DNA of 64,000 bases from Salpingoeca rosetta (Eukaryota; Protista; Choanoflagellata): assembly GCA_033442325.1 (NCBI GenBank), contig JAWQFM010000035.1, positions 404,597 through 468,596 on the forward strand, given 5' to 3'. Every line of letters starts with the position of its first letter. The stretch's first letter is position 1. Shown here piece by piece: positions 13,569 to 26,859 of this stretch. The notes under the pieces were generated by a model. The model searched no databases and was not told the DNA's origin. It saw nothing but the letters and a program-made list of their open reading frames with translations. The translations under genes were made by a program, and so were the position numbers.

Positions 13569-14731
13569 ATAACTATGGTATCAGGAGACGCACGTGTACC
13601 ATAAACCCCAGACAGCAAGATGGCCCAGTCGACAACTGTGTACAACATCATCTCCACGCGACCAACTCACACACACACATCGACACACACACACACACAA
13701 ACACACACATCTTCGCACACGCACACTCGCACACATACAAACGCAGTCTGCCTATTGATTTTGACTCCACACAAAGTTGGTGGGTTGGCCAGGGATTTTT
13801 GAAGCATGTCCTCTCGACAGAAGAGACATCGTGCTTTTCGTATGTGCTGGAAAGATTGGAGTGAGTGAAGGCAGTGAGGTTTTGCTATCTCTGCAGCTTT
13901 ATTGCTTTCTTTGTCAGAGACGCGTGCTCTCCCTCGTGTCAAACGTTGCTCTGTCGAGAGATCTTTGGTCCGTCTTTCGTGCAGTGTTGTCTTCGCAACG
14001 CAGTGGCACAACCAATGTGAACGTATTCTGGTGCTCTTTGTGCTTGTGCACACAGTTGCAGGAGGCGAGTAGCCAGCACAAAGCAAGCAGTCTGGCAGTT
14101 CGGCAGATGGCTGGTTACCAACGCAACAGAGACGCCACATCAGCCGACATGTTGCGTTGTCAACAGGTGAGCCCAGCAACCCTGAACAGAAGCAGCACCA
14201 ACGCGATGCCCCATTTTCTCCCCAGTTGTCTGTCACTCGTAGCCAATGATTGCTGCCTAACCCGACTTGCCCAGCTCAGCCAGCTTACTACCTCAGTCTT
14301 TCAATCCCTCAGCCCTACAGTCCTTCTCTTATCCACTCCTTCACTCTCTCACGCACTCCCTCACCCTTTCATTTCTTCGTTCACTCTATCCTTTACATCT
14401 TCGCTCCAGTACTCACTCACATCTCCGCTCTTCCTTCTCCCTGGACCAAGTCGACAGGGCACGGGCTTTCTCGCTCCTCTGTCGGTGCTACCCATCAGCC
14501 CATCGGTGGAGGTGCGCGCACGACACAACCCAAGTTCTGAACCCCCTCGTACGGCGACGTCGTGCGCGTGCCTCGCTGATCGACACAAATTGAGTGATCG
14601 ACAAGCCCCAACCCGTCGCTTCTGCTCCCGCTTTACTACGCCACGCATAACCCCTCGGCCTTCGGCCGCTGCCACTGGAGCTACTACAATTCTGGCATTT
14701 CAGGACGCTGCACTCAACGCCGATTGTCGTC

Positions 14732-15616
14732 ATGTCGACACATGGTGAACCCCCCAGCAGAGCGCCACAGCAGCCGACCGCCCAAGACACAGCGCCGAAA
14801 GACACAACGCCCCAACAGCCAGTGGTCCAACACCCAGCGCCCCAAGACACAGCACCACGACAACCAGTGCCACAACAGCCAGTGGTCCAACACCCAGTGC
14901 CCCAAGACACAGTACCACGACAACCACTGCCACAACAGCCAGTGGTCCAACACCCAGCGCCCCAAGACACAGCACCACGACAACCAGTGCCACAACAGCC
15001 AGTGGTCCTACAGCAAGTGTATCAACAGATACGCAGGCAATACTATAATCGGTGGTATGGGCCATGTCCCCCCACCGGCACTGACACCGTTACTGGGGCT
15101 CTGGTGTGTCGCTTGATACAAGCTTCAAGCAAGATGAGCGTCGTTGCTGATGACTCTCCCGATGTCATCCGCCTGGACATTTCAAGAAGGCTGGCAGCAC
15201 AGTCGATCGACGAACAGATTGACGGCTGCTGGTTGCTGCAGACCGCGATTCAGCGGCGAACACTGACTGCAAAGACACTGCCTGTCAACATGTTCCCCGA
15301 TGTGTTCGCCCTCATTCGTCGTCCAAGCAACAACAGCCCTGCACTTGTCTATTCCGCCTTTGGAGTAATGGTCGCATGTTTCAAACTGCCCAACGCCCTC
15401 ATCAGCAAAGACATTGCTGAGTCGTGTCGCATGTCCCAGACTGTCCTTGACGCGTTCGCGAACTTTGGAGACAACCCCGCTGTGGTGTGGGTAGCTGCTG
15501 TGCTTGTTCGTACCGTTTCGGAGCACATGTCGACCGACCTTCTGCGCGTGTGCTTCCAGGACCCTCACACCATGCTGACAGTCTTGAGGGACAAGGCTCT
15601 TTCACACTACAACGGT

Positions 15617-15680
<64 letters not shown>

Positions 15681-17785
15681 GCAACAACAACAGCAACAAC
15701 AACAGCGGCAGCAGCAGCGGCAACAACAACAACAGCGGCAACAACAACAACAGCAGCAGCAGCAACAACAACAGCCGCGCCTTGCTGAAACTTGCCTTCA
15801 GCTTCATGCAAATGGCAGAGAAGCACAAACTCGTGCCCCCACAGGTGTTGACTGCTGCCTGCCCCGCCTTTTTGCTGCAACGTTTGGCACTTCAGCCTCA
15901 CACACTTGCAGACACCCTCGAAACACTGCGGTTGCTGTCGCACATTGCTCAGCTGCCTGTGCACGACGAAAGGTGCCCGAACCTGCGCACCTGGGCCGAC
16001 TCCTTTGTGGCGGCGCTGTCCCCAAATCAAGTGAGGCTTGTGACAGCAGCCATTGTGGCATACGCCGAGACACCCGAGGTGTACGACACAACGAAGCGGG
16101 ATACGCTGTGCGCGCTTCTTCTCATCCGAATCAATGTCACGTCGCGCTGGACCCTGCCGTTCAATGTTCCCAGACCTGCGTACTGGCCCTGGCTCTGTGC
16201 GGAGCTCTCTGACGACACAAACCCAGTCCAGCTGCGGGTGCTGATTTGGCTGACGCTCAAGGACTTGCTGTTGAAGGAAGTGCCCAACGCCGAGAGTGTG
16301 CTCTGCTGTGTGAGAGCTGTTGAACAAATCGTTGCTACGCATGGGCCTGGCACCTCTGGGACCGAAGAGTTGGATGACATGGTGTTCGACATCTCCTGGC
16401 AAGTGCTGAGACTCAGAATCGCAGGCTTGCTGTTGACGCTGAGCACGACGACACGGGAGGCCCTGCTTGATGAGAGCGGCGAGCCCATGAAGCAGACGCA
16501 TGGCGTGATGGTGGCGCTTGAAGTGACTGGCAGAGACAAGAAGCGGATACCGACAGCGGTCGATACAGACTGGGTGGTGTCAAAGCTTGTTCACGCAGTG
16601 CATTTGAGCGGACACTCTGCACAGTGCCAGCTGTTGGTGCTGAAATGTCTTGATCTGGTGCTGCGGCTCCACGCGGGCGCGGTGATATCTCTGCGGCAGA
16701 AACGAGGCGCTGCTGTGCTGCTGAAGCTGATACGCTGCACGCTCCAGCAAGATGGCAAACTGAAGACGTGTTGTGCGGCAATGGATCTGCTCCTACTCAT
16801 GGTCCAGCATCAAAACGGCGTCTGTCAGGACATTGTTGACAGTCGCGGTGTGGCGACGATGCTGTCCTTGATCCGATTGGCCCGGCAGCGTGTAAGCTGC
16901 CGTGATTCGCTCCAGCTGGTCGAAAGTGCCTTGTACACCCTGAACGCCATGCACGCGTCGGACGCCGTGAAAGCCGCCGCCCTACCCACTTTGCAGGAGC
17001 TCGGTGTGGACGCTCTTGACCAGCTCTTATGCGCTGTGGTCTTGCCCGTGTTGGACCTCACCGCTGCTCTTGTTGAGCCAGTCCCGACGAACCCCAAGCT
17101 CGCATCGACACTGGTGTTCACTTTGGCGGCATACGAGCTGGTACGAATTTGTGCACACTTCACGCATGTGAAGAGGAGCATCTTCCCGATGACGGTCTCG
17201 TTTGGGACGTTTGTGGCGCTGATGGCCCTGGCCCAAAATGCCGAGTGGCGAAACAACGTGTTTCGCACAGTGCGGGTTCTGGCGCTCATGCCTCCACCAG
17301 CACCTGTCACCCCCTCCAACGCAAGGCTGTTCGTGGAGCATCGCGGGATCGACGTGTGCTTTGAACTGGCGCACAAGCACAACGCACTGTTGGCAGAGGA
17401 CACCCTGCGGACCCTGGGTCAGCTCATCCGGACGTTGATGGACCAGGCTGATTGCAGAACGGTCACCCAAATCCTGAAGGACCTGCACTGCTGTCGTCCG
17501 GAATATGACCTTCCCACCCTTCTCAGGAAGATGGTCGAAGTGCTGTCCGCCAGCGACAGGCTTTACGCGGACCCGAACACAGCGCCGAGCACGGATCCGA
17601 GCACGGATCTGAGCATGGACCCGGTGAGCGCGGCTGTGTATCTTGACACGCTCACAAGCCTGGCCACCAGGATGGGCGGGGCACCAGATGGAGCAGCCAC
17701 TCAGCTCAGTAGGCGTGAGGAGAGGAAAGGGAGGTTGAAGCGGAAGCTGAAAGGACGAAAGCCGGTGAATTCCATGCACAAGTGA
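14732..17785 (+). CDS. Uncharacterised 1017-aa protein from one long exon: N-terminal 20-aa P/Q repeats, poly-Asn, Leu-rich helical (ARM-like) body, basic C-terminus
   Basis: Long uninterrupted ORF with ARM-like segments (IVDSRGVATMLSLI, LFVEHRGIDVCFELA, QKRGAAVLLKLI). TG-rich tract follows the stop. Upstream exons near 13790-14510 cannot be excluded. Confidence 0.75.
14781..15008 (+). repeat. 60-bp coding tandem repeat, about 3.8 copies (PQDTAPRQPVPQQPVVQHPA)
   Basis: Units start at 14781, 14841, 14901 and 14961, each beginning cccaagacacag. Confidence 0.92.
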
Positions 17786-18335
17786 TGATGTTGTGACATG
17801 AGGATTTGGAGGTTTGTGGTGCAATGGTGTGGTGTTGTGTGGTGTGGTGTGACAGAGTGTGTGTGCGTGCGAGAGTGAGTTGGTGAGAGAGAGTGTGTGT
17901 TAGTGAGTGAGTGCGTACGTGTGTGTGTGCGAGTGCTGTGCGTGTGCTTGTGTGTGTGAGTGTATGAGTGTGTGCGTGCGTGTGCTGTGCGTATGCTTGT
18001 GCGTGTGAGCGTGTATGTGTGTGCTTGTTTGAGCGAATGAATCTGCTCACCAGTAATCGAACTGGTCGTCACCATCAACCAATCCAGAAGTGAACGTACA
18101 GCCAGAGAGCGAAGCCTTCTGTTTGCACAACTTGCGATAACAACAGCATGTAACACACACACAGACACACACACACACACAGATACAGACACACACACAC
18201 ACACACACACAAACATGTAAGCGCGCACACACACCAAGACACCAAGTGCAGAAATCCCTACACCTTAACCCCTACCTAACTAAACGCAACCCCGCACCCT
18301 TATGCATCTCATGCAATGGTCCTCCCAGAGTCCTT

Positions 18336-18349
18336 TGCTGACGTCAGCA
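18336..18349. promoter_or_regulatory. Perfect 14-bp palindrome TGCTGACGTCAGCA (CRE core; exact C-type Maf recognition element)
   Basis: Sequence is directly visible about 630 bp upstream of the ATG at 18968. Function is inferred. Confidence 0.45.
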
Positions 18350-18609
18350 TTCTCTTGGTTTTGCTGTTGAACAAAGACCTGAACAACCAAACCCCTGAAC
18401 AAATCCCTTTGATCAACATTGCCTGCCCCAGTGATGATGATGATATGATGATGATGATGCGACCCTCCTTTGATCACATCTCGACACTGAACAGAACGCC
18501 TGAATGAAGCACATCATGGCACCACTCCTCACAGCACCCAGGCATCTCCCTTGGCGCATTCCAAGGCTTGAACACATGTTCTCGCATCACAAACCATAAG
18601 CGCAAGAAG

Positions 18610-18670
<61 letters not shown>

Positions 18671-18967
18671 ACGAACAACCGGTATGTGTTCACCTCGCTG
18701 GTGTTTGTCGTTGCTGATGTTGGTGTTAGTGTTGTTGTGGGTGGGCTGGGACCGCAGCACGCCCAGCAAATAAGATACCAACAGAAGCTCAATCTGTCAC
18801 GAGACCTGTGCGTATCTGCTGCACCAGCATGGCTCACACCATTTTTTCCTTCCCCGCAATCATCACAGCAACAGGAGCGGCAGCAACAACAACGACCGAA
18901 GCAGATACGACAGCAAACCCCCCCCCTCCCCCTTCATCTCGTTGCTCTGCCCTCCTGGTCAGTCGAT

Positions 18968-19333
18968 ATGGTTCTACCAGAACAAGAGGACGCGACAGAC
19001 CAGGTGAACCAGCAGCCGCGCGAAGAAGAAGCAGAAGCAGAAGCAGAAGACGTGCGCATGGACGTGGGACATGATGGCGCAAGTGGCGAAGATGCAGCTG
19101 CTGAAGAACGCGCCCTGTCTAAAGGCGCGTTGGCATTGGTCGCGGTGCACCTGATTGAGGAGCCTCGGTCGCTGTTCCACCTCATGTTGACATGCAGAGA
19201 GCTGTACACAACCCTGCCACAACAGCTTCCAAAATGGTGTTTGGAAGGCGCATACCTACGTGGGGAAACCGTGGACATCCTGTACACCTCTGGATCAGGA
19301 CGAACGGGTGACGTCAGCTACTCGCGTGACAGT

Positions 19334-19365
<32 letters not shown>

Positions 19366-20447
19366 TGGCGGTGGCGGTGGCGGTGGTGATGGTGGTGATG
19401 GTGGTGATGATGATGATGATGATGATGACGCCGACGCCACCGCCGAAGACGTTGACCGTGGTCCGCGTGGGCTGTTGTGGCTGACCGACTGCGTCGACTG
19501 CATTAACGGTGACGAGGGGGATGCCACCAAGGACGATGCCATCACGAAGACCCTGGCGTACATCAGGAGGCTACACCACAGGACAACTCCACAGCAAGCC
19601 ACGCATTCCCAGCAACATCAGCTGCAGTCTATCCCACGTGCAGCAGATGCAAGTGCCGATGAGGATGACAAGGAACTCGGGCCCAGGAGAGTGACGTGGC
19701 TTGTAGAACGGTTCTTGGTGCATTCGTGGCTCGGGGCATGGTGGTCGGCACGGTGTCGCATGTTTGATGCGGCTGCCGCTTTTGATCCGCGGCAGTTCTG
19801 TGCAAGTGTGCGGGTGTGCTTTGACTTCACGGGCCCCTTCGCAGTGGAGCAAAGAGCGCTGGTTCAAGTGGGCAACAGCGGCTCAGCCGCTCGCCGGCAC
19901 CACCAGTCAGACCAGTACCGGCAGCGTCAACAGCACGAAGCGCATGTGCAGCACGCCCGGCATGCGCCATTCCAACTGCAACCGTCATTCCAACTCCAAC
20001 TGCAACCGCCAGCACAAGACGAGCTGCACACAGTGCGACGCGAGGAGCTGCAGGTTCCGCCAGACCTGAACTGGATGCAAGAGCCACAGGAACAACGCAC
20101 AGAGACGCAGCATCATGTGCAGTCACAGCATGGCCCAGAACAAGAAAGAGAAAGGCAGCAGCAGCAGCAGCAGCAGCCGCAGCAGCAAGGAGAAGAAGAG
20201 CAGGTGCCACCATTTTCGCGACAGAGGTTTTCGCCAGCACCTCTTTGGCAGATACGACGGCAACTGCGGCAAATCCTTCAAGACAGGGACCAGCGACTGC
20301 GGGCAACGAGTGAGCTTGCGGACATTCGCGACTGGACGCGGCAGCAGGAAAACCTGCACCTGCACGCTCGTCCACATCAGTTACAGCAAACCCGCACCCA
20401 CCACCCACAGCAGGTGCATGCTGAAAGACAACATACACAACAGCAAA

Positions 20448-20480
<33 letters not shown>

Positions 20481-22306
20481 GGCAGCAGCGACGGCAGCAG
20501 CAACGCCGTCCATACCGCGCTGGTCGTGTGAGACGTAACGAGGCCAATATGCCACCCATGCATGTGCTCATGGCGAACGCGTTCGCGCTCCTCGGGCCTG
20601 TGGCGCGCGAGCTGACGCCGGCACAGTTCATTGTGGTGGCTCACTTGCGCACTGACGAAGAGGCACGGGCGCTGCGGGCGCTTCTGGATCAGCACCAGGG
20701 CAGGGCGTTTGCGGTGAACGTGAAGGTTGGCAACGCCGTGAAGAAGGTGGGCATCCGCGGCGTGCCTCGCGTGGTCCTCAGACCCAACAGGAAAGCCACC
20801 TACAAGCTGCAGCACATCGATACGCTGCATGTGAACGCAGCGCGACACAGGCACTTCAGCCGCGGGTCCCTGAGCAAGGTCAAGCAGGTGGTGCTGCGGC
20901 ATGGCACCAGCAGTTGGAAGCTGCTGCATGATGCCCGGCACGTGACCATGGTGGAGATGTGCAACACGGTGGATGCGAGCGCCCTGACCAAGAAAGGAAG
21001 CAAGATTCGGCACCTGACGCTGCAGCGGTGCGTGATGAGCAACGCGCCTGCGCTTGCACAGAACAGGGCCCTGCACACGCTTGTGCTGCGCCAAATCACC
21101 CTCCCTGACGGTGGCTGGCATGCGCCGGTATTCAACGCTCGGCACGTGGACTTGAGGTGCATCTGGAACCTGCATGGCGACATCAGCCTCCCCAAGGCAA
21201 AGGAGGTGCGGGTTGAGGACTGCCCCAACGTGACTGGCTTCGACCTTGGAGCGCCTGACGCCAGACTCCATTCCCTGCGCGTGACAGCGAGCGAGGGCTT
21301 ACCGGTGCTACGGCTACCAGAGCTGGCGCACGTGCGCGACGTGAGGCTGGCCGGGGAATGGCCGGCGGAAGTGTTGGAGCTGCTGGCGTCACGAGCCGAC
21401 TGGATGACGGTGACCTTCACCAGCAACGACGCACGGACGCTGCACACGCCGCTGTTGGCGCCGCATGTGACCAAGCACTGGCGCCCGGACAATGTGGACG
21501 TGCCTGCCATTACGGCGGCGTCAGTGCCTGGTGATGTGGCGAGTGTGGAGGTGGCTTTGACGGAGGATGTGCGTGCAGCGAGCGTGCTCCCGCACCTGCA
21601 GGGCGTGCGGCGCGATGTTCGCATCGTTGCCACGAGGGTCAACAAGCACGGCCTGGACCTGAGCCCGCTGATCAACCTGTCTTCCCTGGATGTTGGCGTG
21701 ACGGCCCGCGCAATGATACGGCTATTGAACACGGACGCCCTCCGGTACATCCAGCATGTGTCGCTGTTTCGTGTGGCGTTTCCCTGCGGCTCAACACCGG
21801 GCGCGGGTGATGGTGACAGTGACGGTGATGGTGACAGTGACAGTGACGTGGATGCGGTTGCGCAAGCGCGCGTCACGGTGCTGCAAGCGCGGGCATCCCT
21901 CTTCCTGAACACGTGTAGTGGTTGTGTGGAGGTTGAGGACACGCCCTCTGTGCGGGTGCTGTGCGACAGCTTGACAAGCGATGCGTTCCGTTTGCGAGAG
22001 GTGCGCAACGCGCAGGACCTGGAGCTGTTGAGTGTGAACAAGGTTGGGGCACTGACCAACGTTGGGTCGTGTCTTGTGGCGGGCACGCTGCCGAGCGACG
22101 GGGAGTTTACGCTCAACAACGTGCACCGCCTGACGGTGATGAACCCAGACACGTGTGTGCCGCGGGAGCTTGGTCCGTGTCATGTTGTGCTTGGCAACCT
22201 CGTGGCGCGCAACGACGTGCACATTTTCCGTGTTCGCTCCACCGCACGAAGGCCTCCCAACGACACTCCTGCCGGCAACACCATCGCCTGCTTTATCAAG
22301 AAGTGA
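18968..22306 (+). CDS. Intronless protein of about 1112 aa: F-box-like N-terminal motif, acidic and Q-rich linkers, C-terminal leucine-rich-repeat-like solenoid
   Basis: LSKGALALVAVHLIEEPRSLFHLMLTCRELY resembles an F-box. LxxLxL-type repeats include IRHLTLQRC, LHTLVLRQI, LHSLRVTAS, LINLSSLDV, LRYIQHVSL and LNNVHRLTV. Confidence 0.7.
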
Positions 22307-22765
22307 CATGTGTGTTTGTGTTTGTGTGCGTGTGCGCGCGTGTGTTTGTGTGCGTGTTTGTGTTTGTGTTTGCGTGTGTGCTTGTGGTGCAATCCTATCA
22401 ATTCTTGTATTGCTTCTTGCCTGTGTTCTCTTCTTCCTTGCCTTTGAAGCTTGAATCCCGTTGCCTCTTCGTCTTCATCTCCTTGTCTTGGTGCCAAACA
22501 GCAACAACACAGCACTGCACGCAGTTCAAGAGGCAACAGCACAGCAACCTAGCAACAACAGAAGGAAGAACAGAGAGGACTTCCAGTGAGGTCCTTCCTG
22601 AATGTGCTGATGTCACATCATGTCAGCACAATTTCTCCCAACCTCCCCCAAAAATACACACAAACACACAAACACACACACAAGCACACAAAGCCTCCCT
22701 GGCTTTGCAAGTTTGGTTGCCACCCACCACACACACACACGCCCACTCGCGTCGTCGTGAAGCGC

Positions 22766-22820
22766 GCAAGCAGTGCAAGCAGTGCAAGCAGTGCAAGCAG
22801 CGCAAGCAGTGCAAGCAGTG
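22766..22820 (+). repeat. 9-bp tandem repeat (GCAAGCAGT) x6 upstream of the hydrolase gene
   Basis: Directly visible. Confidence 0.85.
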
Positions 22821-23042
22821 AGGCGCTCAGCTCACTACAGGTTGTTCATTTATCCAACCGAGCACCACCGACTGACCAGCAACAACATCGCAAGGAAGAG
22901 AACCGTGCAACCCTCCTGCGGTCACCTCTCGTATCAATCGCCTGTCTTCATCACCCTCTGCCACTCCCCTTCTCTCTCTCTCTCTGTCTCTGTCCTTCTG
23001 TCTCTGTCCCCCTCCCCCCGCCCACCGTTGATAATTGACACG

Positions 23043-24050
23043 ATGCCTCGCCCACAACGAGCACTTGGGGATCGCCCGCACTTTGTGAACCGGCGCGGCC
23101 AACGGCTGCACTACGTGACACACAACGTTGACGACGCCGCCGCACGGCCGCCGCGAGCGCTGCTCATCGTCGTGCATGGCTTTGGCCACCACATTGAGGC
23201 GTGCATTGAGCAGACGGAGCCCTCCCGCTTCACGTCCAGCGGCATCGCCGTGGCCGGGTTCAGCTTCCACGGCCACGGCTACAGCGACGGGCGGTGGGTG
23301 CACGTGCGGCGGTACGAGCACCTGGTGGAGGACCTGGCAGACTTCCACACGTTCATTGTGGAGCACCTTGGCCTCGGCGACGACGTGCCCGTGTTCATGT
23401 CCGGGGAGTCCATGGGCGGTGCTGTGGTGCTGCTCGCCTCACGCCCCGGTGGCCCCCTCGACGGCAAGGTGGCCGGCTGCATGTATGTCGCGCCCATGTG
23501 CGCCATCTCTCCCGACATGATGATCCCGCAGTGGCAGATCAACGCGCTGCGCGTGCTCATGGCCATGATGCCGATTGCGGCCATCACGCCCATCGAACCA
23601 GTGCTCAACCGCGTGTTCAAGGACCCGAAGAAGCTGGAGGAGGCCCTTGCAGACACGCTCGTGTGGCACAAGCGCCCGCGCCTGCGCACGGCGTGGGAGA
23701 TGCGCGAGGCAACCCTGGACGTGCAGCAGGGCCTGGACGAGTACACGGTGCCGTTCCTTGTCATGCACGGTGGCGCAGACACGGTCACCGACCTCAACAT
23801 CAGCCGCGAGCTGCACACGCGCGCGTCCGCCACGGACAAGACGATCAAGGTGTACGACGGTTACTACCACGCGCTGCTGGCGGAACCAGATGGCGGCGAC
23901 GATGTTGTGCGCGCAGATATGGTGGAGTGGATCCTGGCTCGCGCCGGCGGCAACAGTGATGATGATGGTGCTTCGAAGCGTGTGGGGGAGGCGGGCAGTG
24001 AGTCTGCGGTGAGCGCACAACACGAGCGACCCGAGGCAGTTCTCGTTTGA
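23043..24050 (+). CDS. Alpha/beta hydrolase, monoglyceride lipase / lysophospholipase family (intronless)
   Basis: VHGFG oxyanion motif, GHGYSDG, nucleophile GESMGG, PFLVMHGGADTVT (catalytic Asp) and YDGYYHALL (catalytic His). Confidence 0.92.
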   Translation: MPRPQRALGDRPHFVNRRGQRLHYVTHNVDDAAARPPRALLIVVHGFGHHIEACIEQTEPSRFTSSGIAVAGFSFHGHGYSDGRWVHVRRYEHLVEDLADFHTFIVEHLGLGDDVPVFMSGESMGGAVVLLASRPGGPLDGKVAGCMYVAPMCAISPDMMIPQWQINALRVLMAMMPIAAITPIEPVLNRVFKDPKKLEEALADTLVWHKRPRLRTAWEMREATLDVQQGLDEYTVPFLVMHGGADTVTDLNISRELHTRASATDKTIKVYDGYYHALLAEPDGGDDVVRADMVEWILARAGGNSDDDGASKRVGEAGSESAVSAQHERPEAVLV

Positions 24051-24174
24051 TGATGGGCGATCATGGTAGTTGATGATTGACTGAGGAAGGAGGGATCGTG
24101 CTGCATGCATGCTATTGTGTTACATGAGATGCACCCAGGCTGTGTGTGTTACGTGTGGCTGTGGCTGTGTGTGG

Positions 24175-24274
<100 letters not shown>

Positions 24275-24414
24275 TGTCATAAAAGACCACTGCTGTTGTC
24301 CAACGCGAAGACAAGGGTGGAACAAGGGGAGGTGGGACAGGTTGCAAGGAACAATCGTAATCGTAAACACACCACAAACACAAACATCACCAACAACAAC
24401 AGCAAGCAACGGCG

Positions 24415-25016
24415 ATGGACAGGTGGATTGTGGTGGACGGTGATGGGGCAGGGCGGTTTGTACCGCATGCGAACGAGCAAGTGATGCAGCCGCAATACAC
24501 GGGGTTGCGGCTGTACAACGGCGACGACACCACAGACTGCGATGACGGCCTTCTCACGCTCACCTCGCACCGGCTGGTGTGGGAGGACCGCGAGGGCAAG
24601 CACGGCAGCAGATGGCTGTACATGCCACTCTCGCTCATCTCACACACGGAGTTCATCGAACGCTTCTTCACCCGCAGCCCCAAGGTGAAGCTGCTGCTCT
24701 TCTCCAATCCAAACGGGCACGGCCCTGCCAGCTACAGCGCACCCGGAATGTCGGAGCGGCACTTTGTGCTCCTCTCCTTCCGTCAGAGCAGCTCGTCCGA
24801 GGTGCGCCAGTTCCGGCAGCTGCTCACAAACGTCCTGCACGCCAAGACGTGGCGTGCCCTGCCCGTGCCCTTGGACCCGCCGGCACAGCACCCACAGTCA
24901 GGAGGACATACACAGCAGCAACAGCCAGGACACACACAGCACCAACAACAGCCATCGAGGTCACAGGCGCAAACCCAACCACACCAGGAGCAGCGCGCTG
25001 GTACGTGTGTGTGTGT

Positions 25017-25071
<55 letters not shown>

Positions 25072-25336
25072 GCTTTGCTTGCAGCCATCAGCTCATTGAG
25101 GACTTGAATGTGTACACGTGTGCGTGTAGTTGGCATCGCGGGGATTCTTCAGCGAGATAAGCAACGATTAGAAGCCGCAGAGCGCTCCATCAAGGACGCG
25201 TTCAGCGGAGACTTGAAAGGTGTGCTGTCACCCCTCTGCTTTTGCCTTCTCGTGTGTGTTTGAGGGGGGGGGGGGGGTAGACCGCTATGACTGTCTATTG
25301 TTGCAGGGATCCCATGCACCGCCGCTGACTGTTTCG

Positions 25337-25401
<65 letters not shown>

Positions 25402-25599
25402 ATGAAAGTGCTGGAGGCAAAGGCGAAGCAGCTTGTGGAGTTGGCAGAACGGTACACGCAGACGTTGGCCGCATCAAGCGGTGGCGATGGCAATGGTGAT
25501 GATGGCGGTGGTGATGAGGATCAACGCGCATTGCAGAACGTCATCCTGCAACTAGGCATTGCCAATCCCATCACAAAGAAGCAGTTCAAGTCAGCAACG

Positions 25600-25650
<51 letters not shown>

Positions 25651-26669
25651 ACATTGTTACTCAAGGCACAGCAGATGCCGTGCGCGTTTACACCGCCTTG
25701 ATCTCCAACAACTGCTGTTCCACCCTCCTCAACTCTTGCCTCCCCCCCCCCATTCCTTCCACACCTCTCCCTTTTCCCTCCCCTTTTCATTTGTCTTTCA
25801 AACCGCACGACTCCTCATTCAACCCGCGCCAACGCATCACTTCAATTCACACCTACAGCGCTACCACCAAGAGCTTGCGCGGGAGCTGGCCACCGTATAT
25901 GAAGCCGCACTCAAGGCGGTGCGTGGTGGCGATGTGTGGTGTGAGTGGTGGGCGTTTATGTTGTACTATGCCGGCTCATGTTCTGTGTTGACACACAGAC
26001 ACACAGACACAGGGACACAGACACAGGGACAAAGACAGACAGACAGACAGACACACACACACACACAGACAGACACACACACACACAGACACACACAGAC
26101 AAACACGCACATACAAACACACACTTCCACATACAGACAGACAGACATACACACACCAGCTCACCATCGTGCATCACCTTTACGCCACCCCATTGTGTCC
26201 ATTCCTCCCCCACCTCTCTCTCTCTCTCTGTCTGTCTGTCTCTCTCTGTCTGTGTCACTCCTCCACAATGCAGACGCGTGGCGGGATGCTGCTGCTTGCC
26301 GATGCGTTCTGTGTTGCAAACAGGGTGCGGGGCATTGACCTCGTGTCGCCGCAAGATGTGCTCAAGGCGTGCGAGGCCATGGAGGCGCTGGCCCTGCCCG
26401 TGCGGTTACGAGCGTTCAAGAGCGGCGTGCTTGTGGTGGAGCTTGCCACGCGCTCCGATGAGCAGCTGGTTGCAGAGGTGAAGGAGATGGCGAGCGCTGA
26501 CGGGTTTCTCACGGCGAGCCGCCTGGCCACCCGCAACAACATCAGCGTCGTGCTGGCGGCGGAGCAGCTGCTGCTTGCGGAGGCGGAGGGCGCCCTGTGC
26601 CGTGATGATGCGGTGGAAGGCCTGCGCTTCTATCCAAACCGCTTCCTCCACCCAGACACAGGCTCATAA
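24415..26669 (+). CDS. VPS36: ESCRT-II subunit VPS36 (EAP45): GLUE domain and winged-helix C-terminus, 5 exons
   Basis: LRLYNGDD…[12 protein letters not shown]…SPKVKL…LSFR (GLUE domain); GIAGILQR…SIKDAF; LGIANPITK; YHQELAREL; [26 protein letters not shown]…[17 protein letters not shown]. Confidence 0.92.
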
Positions 26670-26677
26670 CATCTGTT

Positions 26678-26755
<78 letters not shown>

Positions 26756-26799
26756 TTGTGTGTGTGTGTGTGTGTGCGTGTGTGTGTGTGTGTGCGTGC

Positions 26800-26859
<60 letters not shown>

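Noticed and set aside
18255-18300. Telomere-like CCTAA/TAACCC fragments
   Set aside because: They are too degenerate and not tandem.
18316-18507. 63-aa ORF beginning MVLPE like the downstream gene at 18968
   Set aside because: Similarity ends after five codons and the synonymous positions differ, so it is most likely coincidence.
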